Shown in pieces: positions 9,063 to 22,300 of a stretch of DNA of 64,000 nucleotides. A program made the translations under genes and the position numbers. Source of the stretch: an uncultured bacterium (GTDB lineage: Bacteria > Zixibacteria > MSB-5A5 > UBA10806); NCBI GenBank assembly GCA_965541585.1, contig CBEUCH010000004.1, forward strand, positions 128,001 through 192,000. Reading direction: 5' to 3'. Under the pieces are notes generated by a model, which was given only the letters and a program-made list of their open reading frames with translations, was not told the DNA's origin and made no database searches. The first letter of the stretch is position 1; every line of letters starts with the position of its first letter.

Positions 9063-9875
9063 TTAAAATCCCAGATGTAATCCGAAAGCGAACTTGTGTT
9101 CGGAGCGGCTGCGAATTGACTGATTATCGTACGGCCAGTACCTGAGAAATATCATCATAGCCCCTTTATCTCCGTAGATTGTAAAATTGAAGCTCAGCCG
9201 GTGCTGTTCTTTTATCTTATTGTCGGTGTTCAGCACCCAGAGATTATCGGATTCGATATCGCCTCCGATCCTTCGATAGCGAACGATCCGATAGCGAAAG
9301 TTAGTGTTCACGGCAAAGTCGTAATCGTGGCCTTTCTGGAAGTTCATTCCCTTGGGGGCATAGAAATTAGCCAGCACAAGATAATCGAGCCGGTTTTCCC
9401 ATATCGATTCCTTCCCATTCGGCTCTGGCCGATGATATTTGTATTTGGGGAGATATCCCAGGGTCCCGAAGCCTATTCTCGGCGAATTCCAGTAGACGGA
9501 GTGATCAAGCCACCTGTCGATATCGTGAGCGCAATCGTGATGCATCTGGGCCTCAATAAAATATCTTTCCAGTTCGATCCTGCCTGTAAGCCCGAACGAC
9601 CAGTGCGCCCTTGTCGGGTCGAAGACCATATTCGAATTGAATTTCCTTCCCATGAAGGTTTCCTTGAAAATATCGACAATTAGATAAAAGCCTCCATACT
9701 TGAAAGTCTCAACAGCGCCGTTCAACTCGGTGTCTATAAAATATTGCGCGTCCTGTTTGAAATAGATATAGGAGGCTATATCGCCGTGCCCCTCGAAGAG
9801 AACATCGAAATCTCTACCGGCTGCGCTCGTGGCAATACCAGCGATAATCATAGATGCGAGAATCAAGTTTCGCAA
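9063..9875 (-). CDS. Secreted hypothetical protein, probable outer-membrane beta-barrel
   Basis: Signal peptide, aromatic-rich amphipathic strands, C-terminal FAFGLHLGF. Confidence 0.55.
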   Translation of the reverse strand: MRNLILASMIIAGIATSAAGRDFDVLFEGHGDIASYIYFKQDAQYFIDTELNGAVETFKYGGFYLIVDIFKETFMGRKFNSNMVFDPTRAHWSFGLTGRIELERYFIEAQMHHDCAHDIDRWLDHSVYWNSPRIGFGTLGYLPKYKYHRPEPNGKESIWENRLDYLVLANFYAPKGMNFQKGHDYDFAVNTNFRYRIVRYRRIGGDIESDNLWVLNTDNKIKEQHRLSFNFTIYGDKGAMMIFLRYWPYDNQSIRSRSEHKFAFGLHLGF

Positions 9876-9975
9876 AGCTCTCCCCCTTTATTACAATCAA
9901 TCTTTTTCATATCAATTAAATCATCCATCCCCTTAACAATGCGATTCGGAGAGATAATTATCCGTCGCCGACAGC

Positions 9976-10004
9976 AAAAAAACGCCGCTTGCGGAGGCGG
10001 CGTC
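9976..10004 (-). terminator. Intrinsic terminator of the nucleotide-sugar operon
   Basis: Minus strand GACGCCGCC-loop-GCGGCGTTTTTTT just after the stop at 10022. Confidence 0.7.
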
Positions 10005-10021
10005 AACAGGTCCCTTCGCCA

Positions 10022-11404
10022 TCATATCTTGAATATCTTCTTTCTGCCGGTAGTAACGTTCTTGGTGGCGTTTCTGGTATCAACTATTGTTGATGCCTTA
10101 TCGACAATCCACTGGTAGTTGAAACTGGAGTGATCCGTAATGATTGCCACACAATCAGCATCTTTGAGCGCCTTTTCATCGAGGGGTACAGCCTTCATGT
10201 TCGGGCCGGAATCCATTTTGATCACTGGGACATAAGGATCGCAGTAGTCTACCCTGGCCCCCTTTTCCTGGAGCAACCTGATAACATCGAGCGACGGCGA
10301 TTCCCTCAGATCAGAGACATCTCTCTTATAGGAAGCGCCGAGTACCAGAATCCTGGCACCGTTGATGGAGATCCGTTTTGAGTTCAGGGCAATGGTAATC
10401 TTCTCTATCACATATTCGGGCATGCGTGAGTTTATATCGCCTGCCAGTTCTATGAAACGGGCGTAATAGTTTAGCGATTTCAGTTTCCAGGAAAGATAAT
10501 GAGGATCTATGGGGATGCAGTGTCCGCCGAGCCCGGGCCCGGGATAAAACCGCATGAAGCCAAACGGCTTGGTGGCGGCGGCATCGATAACTTCCCATAC
10601 GTCGATACCAAGACGATCACACATCAAGGCCACTTCGTTAACAAGGGCAATATTGACCGAACGGAATGTATTCTCCAGGAGCTTGACCATCTCCGCCGCC
10701 TTAGTGGAGGAAGTGGGAACCACCTGGGTAAGCACCTGCTCGTAGAACGTTTGTGCTATCTTCAAGCATACCGGCGTGGTTCCGCCGACCACCTTTGGCG
10801 TGTTCTGGGTCGTATACCTCTGATTCCCGGGATCGACACGCTCCGGCGAGAATGCCAGGAAAAAATCAACACCCACTTTCAGCCCCGATTCTTCGAGCCT
10901 CGGTTTTATGAGTTCCTCGGTGGTACCGGGGTAGGTGGTCGATTCGAGAATGACAAGCTGGCTTTTATGTATGCGGCTGGCTATCTCGTTGGTAGCGGCC
11001 AGAATAAAGGATACATCGGGATCCTTGGTTTTATTAAGGGGTGTCGGGACGCAGATTACAACCACATCCGAATTCTTCAAAGCCGAAAAATCACCGGTGC
11101 AGCGAATACGACGGAGGTCGACGAGTTCCTTGACATCGTAATCCTTAACGTCATCAACGTCGGATTTCCCGGCGTTGATTGTCCTGACCTTTTTTTCCGA
11201 TATATCGATTCCCGTGATTTTGAATCCAACCCGGCCGAACTCCACTGCCAGCGGCAAGCCAACATACCCCATTCCAATGATCGCCACCGAGGCTGAACGA
11301 TCTTTTATCTTTTTCTCAAGCCGCGAGACCAAATTCTCGCGATGAACATTGACTTTCCTGGCTTTCGTCCGTGATTTCTTTTTCATTTTCGATCTGGCTG
11401 GCAT
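10022..11404 (-). CDS. Nucleotide-sugar 6-dehydrogenase (UDP-GlcNAc dehydrogenase, WbpA-like)
   Basis: IGMGYVGLP, ICVPTP, LESTTYPGTT, SPERVDPGN, KLLENTFR, GGHCIPIDP. Confidence 0.92.
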   Translation of the reverse strand: MPARSKMKKKSRTKARKVNVHRENLVSRLEKKIKDRSASVAIIGMGYVGLPLAVEFGRVGFKITGIDISEKKVRTINAGKSDVDDVKDYDVKELVDLRRIRCTGDFSALKNSDVVVICVPTPLNKTKDPDVSFILAATNEIASRIHKSQLVILESTTYPGTTEELIKPRLEESGLKVGVDFFLAFSPERVDPGNQRYTTQNTPKVVGGTTPVCLKIAQTFYEQVLTQVVPTSSTKAAEMVKLLENTFRSVNIALVNEVALMCDRLGIDVWEVIDAAATKPFGFMRFYPGPGLGGHCIPIDPHYLSWKLKSLNYYARFIELAGDINSRMPEYVIEKITIALNSKRISINGARILVLGASYKRDVSDLRESPSLDVIRLLQEKGARVDYCDPYVPVIKMDSGPNMKAVPLDEKALKDADCVAIITDHSSFNYQWIVDKASTIVDTRNATKNVTTGRKKIFKI

Positions 11405-11459
11405 ATACGCTCCATTATCACAAATTTTAGCTGACCTTCATAAGGTTTATCGTCAAACT

Positions 11460-12428
11460 TTAGTTTTCCTCAACTTCCTCAACAAGATGATGGTGCCAGA
11501 ACTCGAGAGAATCCGACAGGGTGGTCTCGATGGGAATGGTTGGTTTCCAGCCGGTGTCAGTGGACAGTTTCTCGTATGATCCGATGAGGATCGGTATATC
11601 CACCGGCCGCATGCGGGATTTGTCGCTTTTGATTTCGACGTCTTTTTTTATCAGCGACCTGTATTTATCAAGCAGATCCGAGAGCTTATATCCTCTCCCC
11701 GAACAGACGTTATAGGGCGTGCCTGGTTTTCCTTTTTCCACTATATCGAGATAGGCCTTGACCACATCGCGAACGTCGGTGTAATCCCGCTGCACGCTGG
11801 TATTTCCGACTTTCAATTGCGGGGGAGCAAGGCCTATGTCTATCTTGGCGATCTGAAAGGCCCAGTCGGAGAGCACCGCCACGGTTTTTTGCCCGGGACC
11901 GGAGTGAGAAAAGGCACGCGCGATATAGACCGGCATCTTGTAAGCCATGAAATACTGATGCGCCAGCAGGTCCACCGACGCCTTACTAACGGCATAAGGA
12001 TTGATCGGCCTCAGTGGATGGTCCTCGGTGACAGGGCATTCTTCCGGTTTCAGGCGGCCGTAAACCTCCGACGATGATATAACGAGGGTCTTCACAGGTG
12101 CATCGAATTTACTTAACGTTTCCAGCAGCACCAATGTTGCGATAAGGTTGGCGGAAAATGTCTCGAACGGATTCTCGAAAGACAGCTTGACCGACGATTG
12201 TGCCGCCAGGTGAAACACCGTATCCGGCTCGAACCTGGTTATGGCTCTGGAAACAACATCCTCATCGCGAAGATCGCCTTTAAAGATTTTCACGTCTTTT
12301 GTCCCGAGGTCAACGGCGCTTCCCCGTTCGCCTAAATCCAGCCCGGCCACCTCATACCCTTTTGAGAGGAGCAGTCGAGTCAGATGCCCCCCCACAAAAC
12401 CGCAAATTCCTGTTATCAGGGCTTTCAT
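11460..12428 (-). CDS. rmd: GDP-4-keto-6-deoxy-D-mannose reductase-like extended SDR (Rmd-like)
   Basis: TGICGFVG, HLAAQSSV, SSSEVYG, YAVSK, RDYTDVRDVV; directly downstream of gmd. Confidence 0.7.
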   Translation of the reverse strand: MKALITGICGFVGGHLTRLLLSKGYEVAGLDLGERGSAVDLGTKDVKIFKGDLRDEDVVSRAITRFEPDTVFHLAAQSSVKLSFENPFETFSANLIATLVLLETLSKFDAPVKTLVISSSEVYGRLKPEECPVTEDHPLRPINPYAVSKASVDLLAHQYFMAYKMPVYIARAFSHSGPGQKTVAVLSDWAFQIAKIDIGLAPPQLKVGNTSVQRDYTDVRDVVKAYLDIVEKGKPGTPYNVCSGRGYKLSDLLDKYRSLIKKDVEIKSDKSRMRPVDIPILIGSYEKLSTDTGWKPTIPIETTLSDSLEFWHHHLVEEVEEN

Positions 12429-12478
12429 GATCTATTTTATTTCAGTTACACTCGCTAAGATGGATGATCAACCTGTAG

Positions 12479-13486
<1,008 letters not shown>

Positions 13487-13664
13487 TCATATATGGATGT
13501 CAATCGAATAAGGATTTACATCTCTTGAGGCGATTTCTCACCGGAAAACGGATTTTATGAAAACGGGCTGGCATAAGCGTAAAACTCGAAATGGACGCCT
13601 CTATAACTAATTATATGACACCATATTACAGGGGGATATAATTCACATTAAAGTGCAATTGAGC

Positions 13665-13693
13665 TTGAAATTCGGGCGGAAATATCGTATAAT
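13665..13693 (+). promoter_or_regulatory. sigma70-type promoter of DUF721-gyrB
   Basis: TTGAAA-17 nt-TATAAT. Confidence 0.6.
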
Positions 13694-13761
13694 TAAGATG
13701 GAGGGAATTTCGAGTTAAACCCGGCCTGGCTGATTAGTCACCATGCTTTCCCTGAGGAATC

Positions 13762-15997
<2,236 letters not shown>

Positions 15998-16095
15998 GGG
16001 GTTTGTAGCCACCAGTTATAACTGATATGTCTCAGGCCGGAAGCATCATTGTAAGATCTGCGCTTACCATAGTCGGTGGTATATCAATGTACGTC

Positions 16096-16262
16096 GTAGG
16101 GCAGGTTCTTATCATCGTTCCGGCAGGTCGTAGCGAAGTCCTACGGATCCGTCTGGACGTGAACCTGCCGGTAAAAAGAATACGTCAGGAGCGCAGGCCT
16201 ACGGCTCGTCCTACAGATCCCTACGGGCCGTATGGCCGTAGGATATGAGGCTCCTGACCCAC
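16096..16262. repeat. REP/REPIN-like nested palindromic element
   Basis: GTAG-GGCAGGTTC(16100-16108)...GAACCTGCC(16161-16169); GTCAGGAGC(16184-16192)...GCTCCTGAC(16250-16258)-CCAC; internal CCTACGG...CCGTAGG hairpin. Confidence 0.5.
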
Positions 16263-16278
16263 AACCAGGAGGAATCAC

Positions 16279-16764
16279 ATGGAATTGTTCTACTGGGCCA
16301 TGCTGGGCGGACTGGTCGGCACCGTTATGATGGACATCATTGGATGGATTGCCGGCAAGCTGAAGATCACCTGGGGCGGATGCGGAGGAAGTGCGGCCAT
16401 CGGGCGATGGGTTCTGGGCGTCCCCCGTGGACAATTTGTGCACAAGAACATAAACGAATCCGCCACCTTGAAGAATGAGAAGGCCGTTGGGTGGATCTTT
16501 CACTACTTCACCGGCGGTGCTCTAGCGCTTACCTATCCCGCCATTTTTCTCGGGTTCAATATTGCAATGCCAGGTAATAACCTTATTCCCGGCCTCATCT
16601 GGGGATTCGTGACTGCAATCATGCCGTGGTTCGTTCTTTTTCCCGGTTTTGGGTGGGGTCTTTTTGGTGTCAGGTCGCCCGGAAACGTGAGGGCTTTGAT
16701 CTCTCCTGCGGTCGAGCATTCTTTCTATGGGCTTGGATTGGGAATAGTATTGAATCTGATTTAA
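16279..16764 (+). CDS. DUF2938-like membrane protein
   Basis: GLVGTVMMD, IGRW....G.F.H, GWIFHYFTG, PWFVLFPGFGWG; SD AGGAGG. Confidence 0.75.
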   Translation: MELFYWAMLGGLVGTVMMDIIGWIAGKLKITWGGCGGSAAIGRWVLGVPRGQFVHKNINESATLKNEKAVGWIFHYFTGGALALTYPAIFLGFNIAMPGNNLIPGLIWGFVTAIMPWFVLFPGFGWGLFGVRSPGNVRALISPAVEHSFYGLGLGIVLNLI

Positions 16765-16778
16765 AAAGATTAATATTC

Positions 16779-18053
16779 CTATTTTTCCATCAAGTATCGT
16801 CTGACCATATCCAGCGCTACCACCGCGCTGCGTTCCCTGTTGCGCTCGCGGTTGTTGCCGAACCGATATTCCTTAGCGTTTGTTTTTCCCGCCGCCGACA
16901 GTCCTATATATGTTATTCCGACCGGTTTCTCATCGGTGCCGCCCGATGGCCCGGCGATACCGGTTACCGAGATCCCAATATTGGCACCCAGGTTTTGCAC
17001 CGCGCCCTCGGCCATGTACCTGGCGCACTCCTCGCTGACGGCGCCATATTTTTCTAAAATTATCTGCGGCACGGATAGAAGCTTCATCTTCAGTTCGTTG
17101 GAATAGGCTATAACACCCCCGGCGAAATAGTCCGACGATCCCGGGATATCCGTGATCGTCTTGCCCAGCAATCCGCCGGTACATGATTCCGCCACGGCGA
17201 TAGTCATATGCTTTTCCCTGAGCATCTCACCCACCACTTCCGGCAGGCTGTCATCGTCATAGCCGTAAACATATTTGCTAATTCTCCCGGTCATTTTCTT
17301 TTCCAACTCAACTATCTTCTGACGGCTTTGATCTTCGTCCTTGGTTACGGCCGTCAGGCGGACGTCGACCCCTTTCCAGGACGGCAGAAAGGCAACGGCA
17401 ATCTTCTCATCCCCTGCGGATCGTTCAGTCCGCCCGGTCTGAACCTTGAAATCAATCAGGTCGGCGATCTTCTCATATAAGACAGATTCGATTATGCCCA
17501 CCGTTCGGAGCTTCCGATGGATTGTAACAATTTCGCCGGATCGTTTCTTAATAGCGTCCGTTACCCAACCCTCGATCATCGCCTTCATCTCCGATGGCAC
17601 TCCCGGTATGGCAACAAATAGTCTATCTTCTTCTTTGATAGCGATTCCCACCGCCGAGCCGACAGGATTGTCTATGAACTCCGCAGCCTGCGGCAGTAAG
17701 GCCTGGTTCTGGTTGATGGCGGGCATGGTCAGCCCCCGTTGTTTGAACCGTGCTTCGATCTTCTTTAGGATCTTATCGTAGAAGATCAGCGGTCTTTTGA
17801 AGTATTTGCAGATCGCCTTTTTGGTGATATCGTCGTTCGTCGGCCCCAGCCCGCCGGTGGTGATAACCAGATCGGCTCTCTGCAGGGCACGTGCAATAGC
17901 CTCGGTAATGGTTTCCAGATCGTCACCCACGGTGGTGCGCCAGACCACTTGCGCCCCGGCGGCGGTTACCCTCTCCGATATGAAAGCGGCGTTGGTATCT
18001 ACGGTGTGCCCGTATAAGAGCTCATCGCCGATCGTGATTATCTCAGCTTTCGT
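16779..18053 (-). CDS. cinA: Competence/damage-inducible protein A (MoCF-like domain plus NMN deamidase)
   Basis: The frame extends upstream of the ORF call to (T/M)KAEIITIGDELLYGHTVDTNA starting at ACG 18053; GGLGPTNDD, AESCTGG, GAVS, TGIAGP motifs. Confidence 0.93.
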   Translation of the reverse strand, partial: TKAEIITIGDELLYGHTVDTNAAFISERVTAAGAQVVWRTTVGDDLETITEAIARALQRADLVITTGGLGPTNDDITKKAICKYFKRPLIFYDKILKKIEARFKQRGLTMPAINQNQALLPQAAEFIDNPVGSAVGIAIKEEDRLFVAIPGVPSEMKAMIEGWVTDAIKKRSGEIVTIHRKLRTVGIIESVLYEKIADLIDFKVQTGRTERSAGDEKIAVAFLPSWKGVDVRLTAVTKDEDQSRQKIVELEKKMTGRISKYVYGYDDDSLPEVVGEMLREKHMTIAVAESCTGGLLGKTITDIPGSSDYFAGGVIAYSNELKMKLLSVPQIILEKYGAVSEECARYMAEGAVQNLGANIGISVTGIAGPSGGTDEKPVGITYIGLSAAGKTNAKEYRFGNNRERNRERSAVVALDMVRRYLMEK

Positions 18054-18090
18054 CTAAACCTCCAGGATGAATGTCAGGCGATCCACACCA

Positions 18091-18588
18091 TCATAGATAC
18101 CCTACCCCCAACTTATTCAGGATTGCCAGAATTATCTGCAGAATGCAGGCGGCGTAGAACCCGGCGGCGAGATCGTCGGCCATAATACCCCGGCCTCCCG
18201 GCAACGACTGCCATCCCCTCGCCGGAGGAGGCTTGACGATATCGAAAACACGAAACAGCACAAATCCCAGCATGAAAGGCATAAATTTAGCCGGAGCCAT
18301 GAACAGCGCCACCATCTGGCCGGCGACCTCGTCGATTACGATGGGCCTGCCGTCATGACCAAAATACTGTTCCGCTTTCCCGCTGATGTAAACCCCTAAC
18401 TGATAAACTATAATGATAGCGATTAATTGGTAATACCATTGCTGTGGCCAGACGAAGAAAAGAATGAGCACTGTAAATGCCGAGCCCCAGGTACCGGGGG
18501 CCTTCGGCAGGTAACCTGAAAAAAAGAAGGTGGCCAGAAGCCGGGTGAAAAAACCTTTGCCTCCGAATCTCTTTTCAACCTCCGTCAT
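18091..18588 (-). CDS. pgpA: Phosphatidylglycerophosphatase A
   Basis: APGTWGS, IVIDEVAG, LFRVFDIVKP, GIMADD. Confidence 0.95.
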   Translation of the reverse strand: MTEVEKRFGGKGFFTRLLATFFFSGYLPKAPGTWGSAFTVLILFFVWPQQWYYQLIAIIIVYQLGVYISGKAEQYFGHDGRPIVIDEVAGQMVALFMAPAKFMPFMLGFVLFRVFDIVKPPPARGWQSLPGGRGIMADDLAAGFYAACILQIILAILNKLGVGYL

Positions 18589-19190
18589 CTCAGCATCCCT
18601 CTAAGTAACCCGCCTGATTTAATCAGATAATCGATCCCGGTCCAGACCGTAAGTATTAAGGGGATAAGTATCAAAACGTCAAAAAGATTATAATGCCAGC
18701 CGACTAATGGCATGATCCACTCGGGGATCACCGATTGGCCCGGATTATGCGGTCGCACCAGCGGTTCGATATTGGCGAAGATCAGGATCGTGGCTAAAAC
18801 TACCATCTGCGTTGCCGTCTTCCATCGGGCCAGAATCGAGGTTGAAATGACCATACCTCTATAAGCGGCCATTGATCGCAGGCCGGTTATCAGGAATTCC
18901 CGAACCACGATGATTATCACCATCCAGCCGCGCGCGTAACCCAGCGGCACGAAGGTTATAAAAGCGGTGGAGACCAGGACCTTATCGGCCAGGGGATCCA
19001 TGAAACGGCCGAACCCGGTATATCGTCCCAGCTTGCGGGCGTAGTAGCCGTCGGCCAGATCGGTTAAGGCTGCAATTATGAATACCACGGTACCCGCCAG
19101 CCGCCAGTAGGGATGTTCGAAAAGCATCAAAACCATGAACACCGGCGAGAGAGCGATTCGAGATAATGTCAAAAGATTCGGCAGGTTCAT
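18585..19190 (-). CDS. pgsA: CDP-diacylglycerol--glycerol-3-phosphate 3-phosphatidyltransferase
   Basis: NLPNLLTLSRI, TDLADGYYAR, GRFMDPLADK, REFLITGLR. Confidence 0.95.
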   Translation of the reverse strand: MNLPNLLTLSRIALSPVFMVLMLFEHPYWRLAGTVVFIIAALTDLADGYYARKLGRYTGFGRFMDPLADKVLVSTAFITFVPLGYARGWMVIIIVVREFLITGLRSMAAYRGMVISTSILARWKTATQMVVLATILIFANIEPLVRPHNPGQSVIPEWIMPLVGWHYNLFDVLILIPLILTVWTGIDYLIKSGGLLRGMLR

Positions 19191-19345
19191 AATGTGGCCT
19201 TAAGCAAACCATTCCCTTCTTCTTGCGCACGGCATAATCCGGTCAACTGAGGGAATTTATATGGTTTGAGGGAATGAGTCAAGGGGGCGGAGTTTTTAGT
19301 GCGGTCATAACAAGCGATGACTCACAGCGAAAAAGTTGGTCACAA

Positions 19346-19374
19346 TTGACCGGAGGCTTCAAGCATAGTATCTT
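19346..19374 (+). promoter_or_regulatory. sigma70 promoter positioned for a leaderless transcript
   Basis: TTGACC-17 nt-TATCTT ending 8 nt before ATG 19383, with no SD in between. Confidence 0.5.
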
Positions 19375-19382
19375 AATGCCCC

Positions 19383-22300
19383 ATGATGCAACTCTCCCAG
19401 CCTCAGAAACAAGCCGTGGAATACCTCGGCGGGCCGCAGATAATCCTGGCGGGCGCAGGCTCAGGCAAGACCCGGGTTATCGTCGCCAAGGCACAATATC
19501 TGATTGAGGAGAAGAGCTACTCGCCGGAATCGCTTCTGGTAATCACCTATTCCACCAAAACCCAGGCCGAGCTGGAAGAGCGGATGGCCATTCTCGGAAA
19601 CCGCATGCCGGAGATCAAGACCTTCCATTCTCTCGGCCTGGACATAATCAACGAATTTTCACACCTCCTAGGCGCCGGAGGGGAGATCAGCAAAGCCAGC
19701 GAGTATCGGCTTCATCAATACTTGAAAAGAGCAATATCCGAGCTTGCCGAATCAATGCTCTTAGATACCAACCTGCCGGATGAGATTTACAGGGGTATTG
19801 CAGAATTTATCGAGCGAGCCAAGGATGAGCTGGTGTCGCCGGATGACGTGATTACGGCAGCGGAAGACCAGTTAAGCGGTCTTCCGGCAGATGCCGGCGA
19901 TGATGACGATATTATTGTCAACCGTGACCGCTGGACGAAGGTCCTGGAAGCGGGCAGGATATATCGTGCCTACGAGAGAATAAAATCCGAAAATACCGAT
20001 ACTCAGGGCGGCAATATCGACTATGGTGATATGATTGTCACCTCGCACAGGCTCCTTTCGACTCAGAAGATAGTGGGGGCTACGTTAAGGCAGCGAATCG
20101 AATATATCCTCGTCGATGAATTCCAGGATGCCAACTACGCCCAGGTCGAGATACTTTATCATCTCGCCGGAAATAAATGCGGTATCACGGTTGTCGGCGA
20201 CGACGACCAGGCCATATACAGGTTCCGCGGCGCGAGCTTCGCATCGTTTAAGCTCTTCCAACAGTTATTCCCGGATGCCGAGGTTCATAAGCTGGAGGAA
20301 AATTTCAGGTCGACCTCGAATATCGTAAGAGCGGCTCAGTCGGTTATCGAGATCGATCCCGAAGCGCGTTTTGAATCGCAAAAGAAAATGTTTTCATCAG
20401 GCGATTCAGGTGAAAAGGTTTCGGTCAGAGTCTGTCCCGATTATCTGACCGAGGCGGAATCGGTGACGGATGAAATAGGATCTCTTTTGAAAATAGAAAA
20501 ATATAACAAACCAAAATCGATTGCCGTTCTTTTCAGGGCGAGGCGCCATAAGGATCTATTGGCTGGAATCCTGCAGAGAAAAAAGATCGATTTTTTTTAT
20601 GATAAAAAAATAGAGGAATCGTCATCGCAGCCCGTCAAGTTATTAGGGACTCTCTACGAATTCGTGCTCGACAGCAGCCGTCGGGACCTGCTGGCTGTGA
20701 TAGTTCATCATTTCCTGCCCGGCATAGAACCTGATCTCGAGAGGGAGATCGGGTATAAGCTCTCGCGCCGGGAGAACGAACCGCTCGATATATTAAGAGC
20801 CATCGCCTCGGAAAGCGACAAGGTATTATCTGCCGACCTTCTTAATCTGATCGGTCTTCTGAATGAATTAAGGACCTTGACTCCAGAAAAGAATCCGCTG
20901 CAGCTTCTGGAGCAAGTTATATCACGGGCGGGCATTTTATCATCGGTTATCGCCAATGGGCAGATTATTGATCATCAGGCTATGGCCGATATTGCCGGAA
21001 TACTCAGGGATGCTGATTCATTCATGCAGGAGAATGATACCGGGTCCCACCCGGCATTTCTGGAATATCTGAGCTGGAAAACCGGCGTTTCCGAAGATGA
21101 AAACGCCATCGAGGAGACCGAGGCTCCGGTAGTTTTGCAGACTGTTCATGGTTCGAAAGGACTTGAGTACCCGGTTGTATTTGTTATAGGGCTATCGAAT
21201 ATTCGTTTTCCCTCTCGAAGAAGAAGCGTCACCCTCGAGTTCCCGCCCGAGCTTTACAAAGACGAATTACCGCCCGGCGATTACAGGATTCAGGAGGAAC
21301 GTCGGCTGTTCTACGTTGCCATGACCCGCGCCCGCGAGAGGCTTTACCTGCACGGACTCGAAAAGAAGGGAACCAGGTTGTCGCAGTTCGTAAAGGAACT
21401 GACCGGGCAGCCGGTTTTCGATGAGGTCGGCGAAACAAAGAAGATCGACCAGACAACAACGTTACCTGAAGCCGCCTTCGGGCCGGCTGAGGCCATTGAC
21501 GACGCGAGATCCGTTGTGATTCCGGGCTCGGTTCCCATTGAGGATGCGCTTCCCGAAAGTATCTTGAAACTCTGGAGAATCGAATCCTCAAAGATCCAAA
21601 CGCCGGAGGAGTTCGAGCAGATCAAAGATGAGTTTAGTAGCAAGATTGATTCTTCGCTTTCGGAATTGAAAAGCCTTATCGACCATGAGAAATTTGCTCC
21701 TCGTCAACCGGACCAGCGGTTCAAAGTCGACCGGGTTTCCTATACCGACCTGGAGACATTTGATACATGCCCGCTGAAGTTTTACTACCGGAAAATACTT
21801 CGTATGCCCTCACCGCCTTCACCCCATCAATTGCTGGGGCAGGTGATACATGCGGTACTGGAGAAGGCGGGGAAATCCATGATGGATGGCAAGGCTGCCG
21901 GGTTTGAGGGTCTCATCGAAGAATTCCAATCCCGGTGGAAAAGAATCCATTTGAGCGATCCCGATCAGAAAGAACGATTGATGCAAAGAGGTCGTGAGCT
22001 GCTTGAGAATTTTGCTGCTTTACAATCGAAAAGACCGGGCAAACCGGAATCATTTGAGAAGTCTTTTGAGATAGAGCTTCCCAACGCCCGGCTGACGGGC
22101 AGAATCGATAGGGTCGATAAGACACCGTCGGGATTGGCCGTCATAGACTATAAAACGGGCAAGAAAGATGACTCGAAACTGAAAAAAGATTTGCAGCTGC
22201 CTATCTATTCCCTGGCCTGCAAAGAGATATTTGGAGAATACCCGTCGAGTCTGATTTTCATGTTTCTCAAGGACGGTTCGATTCACGAGGACTCGTTCGA

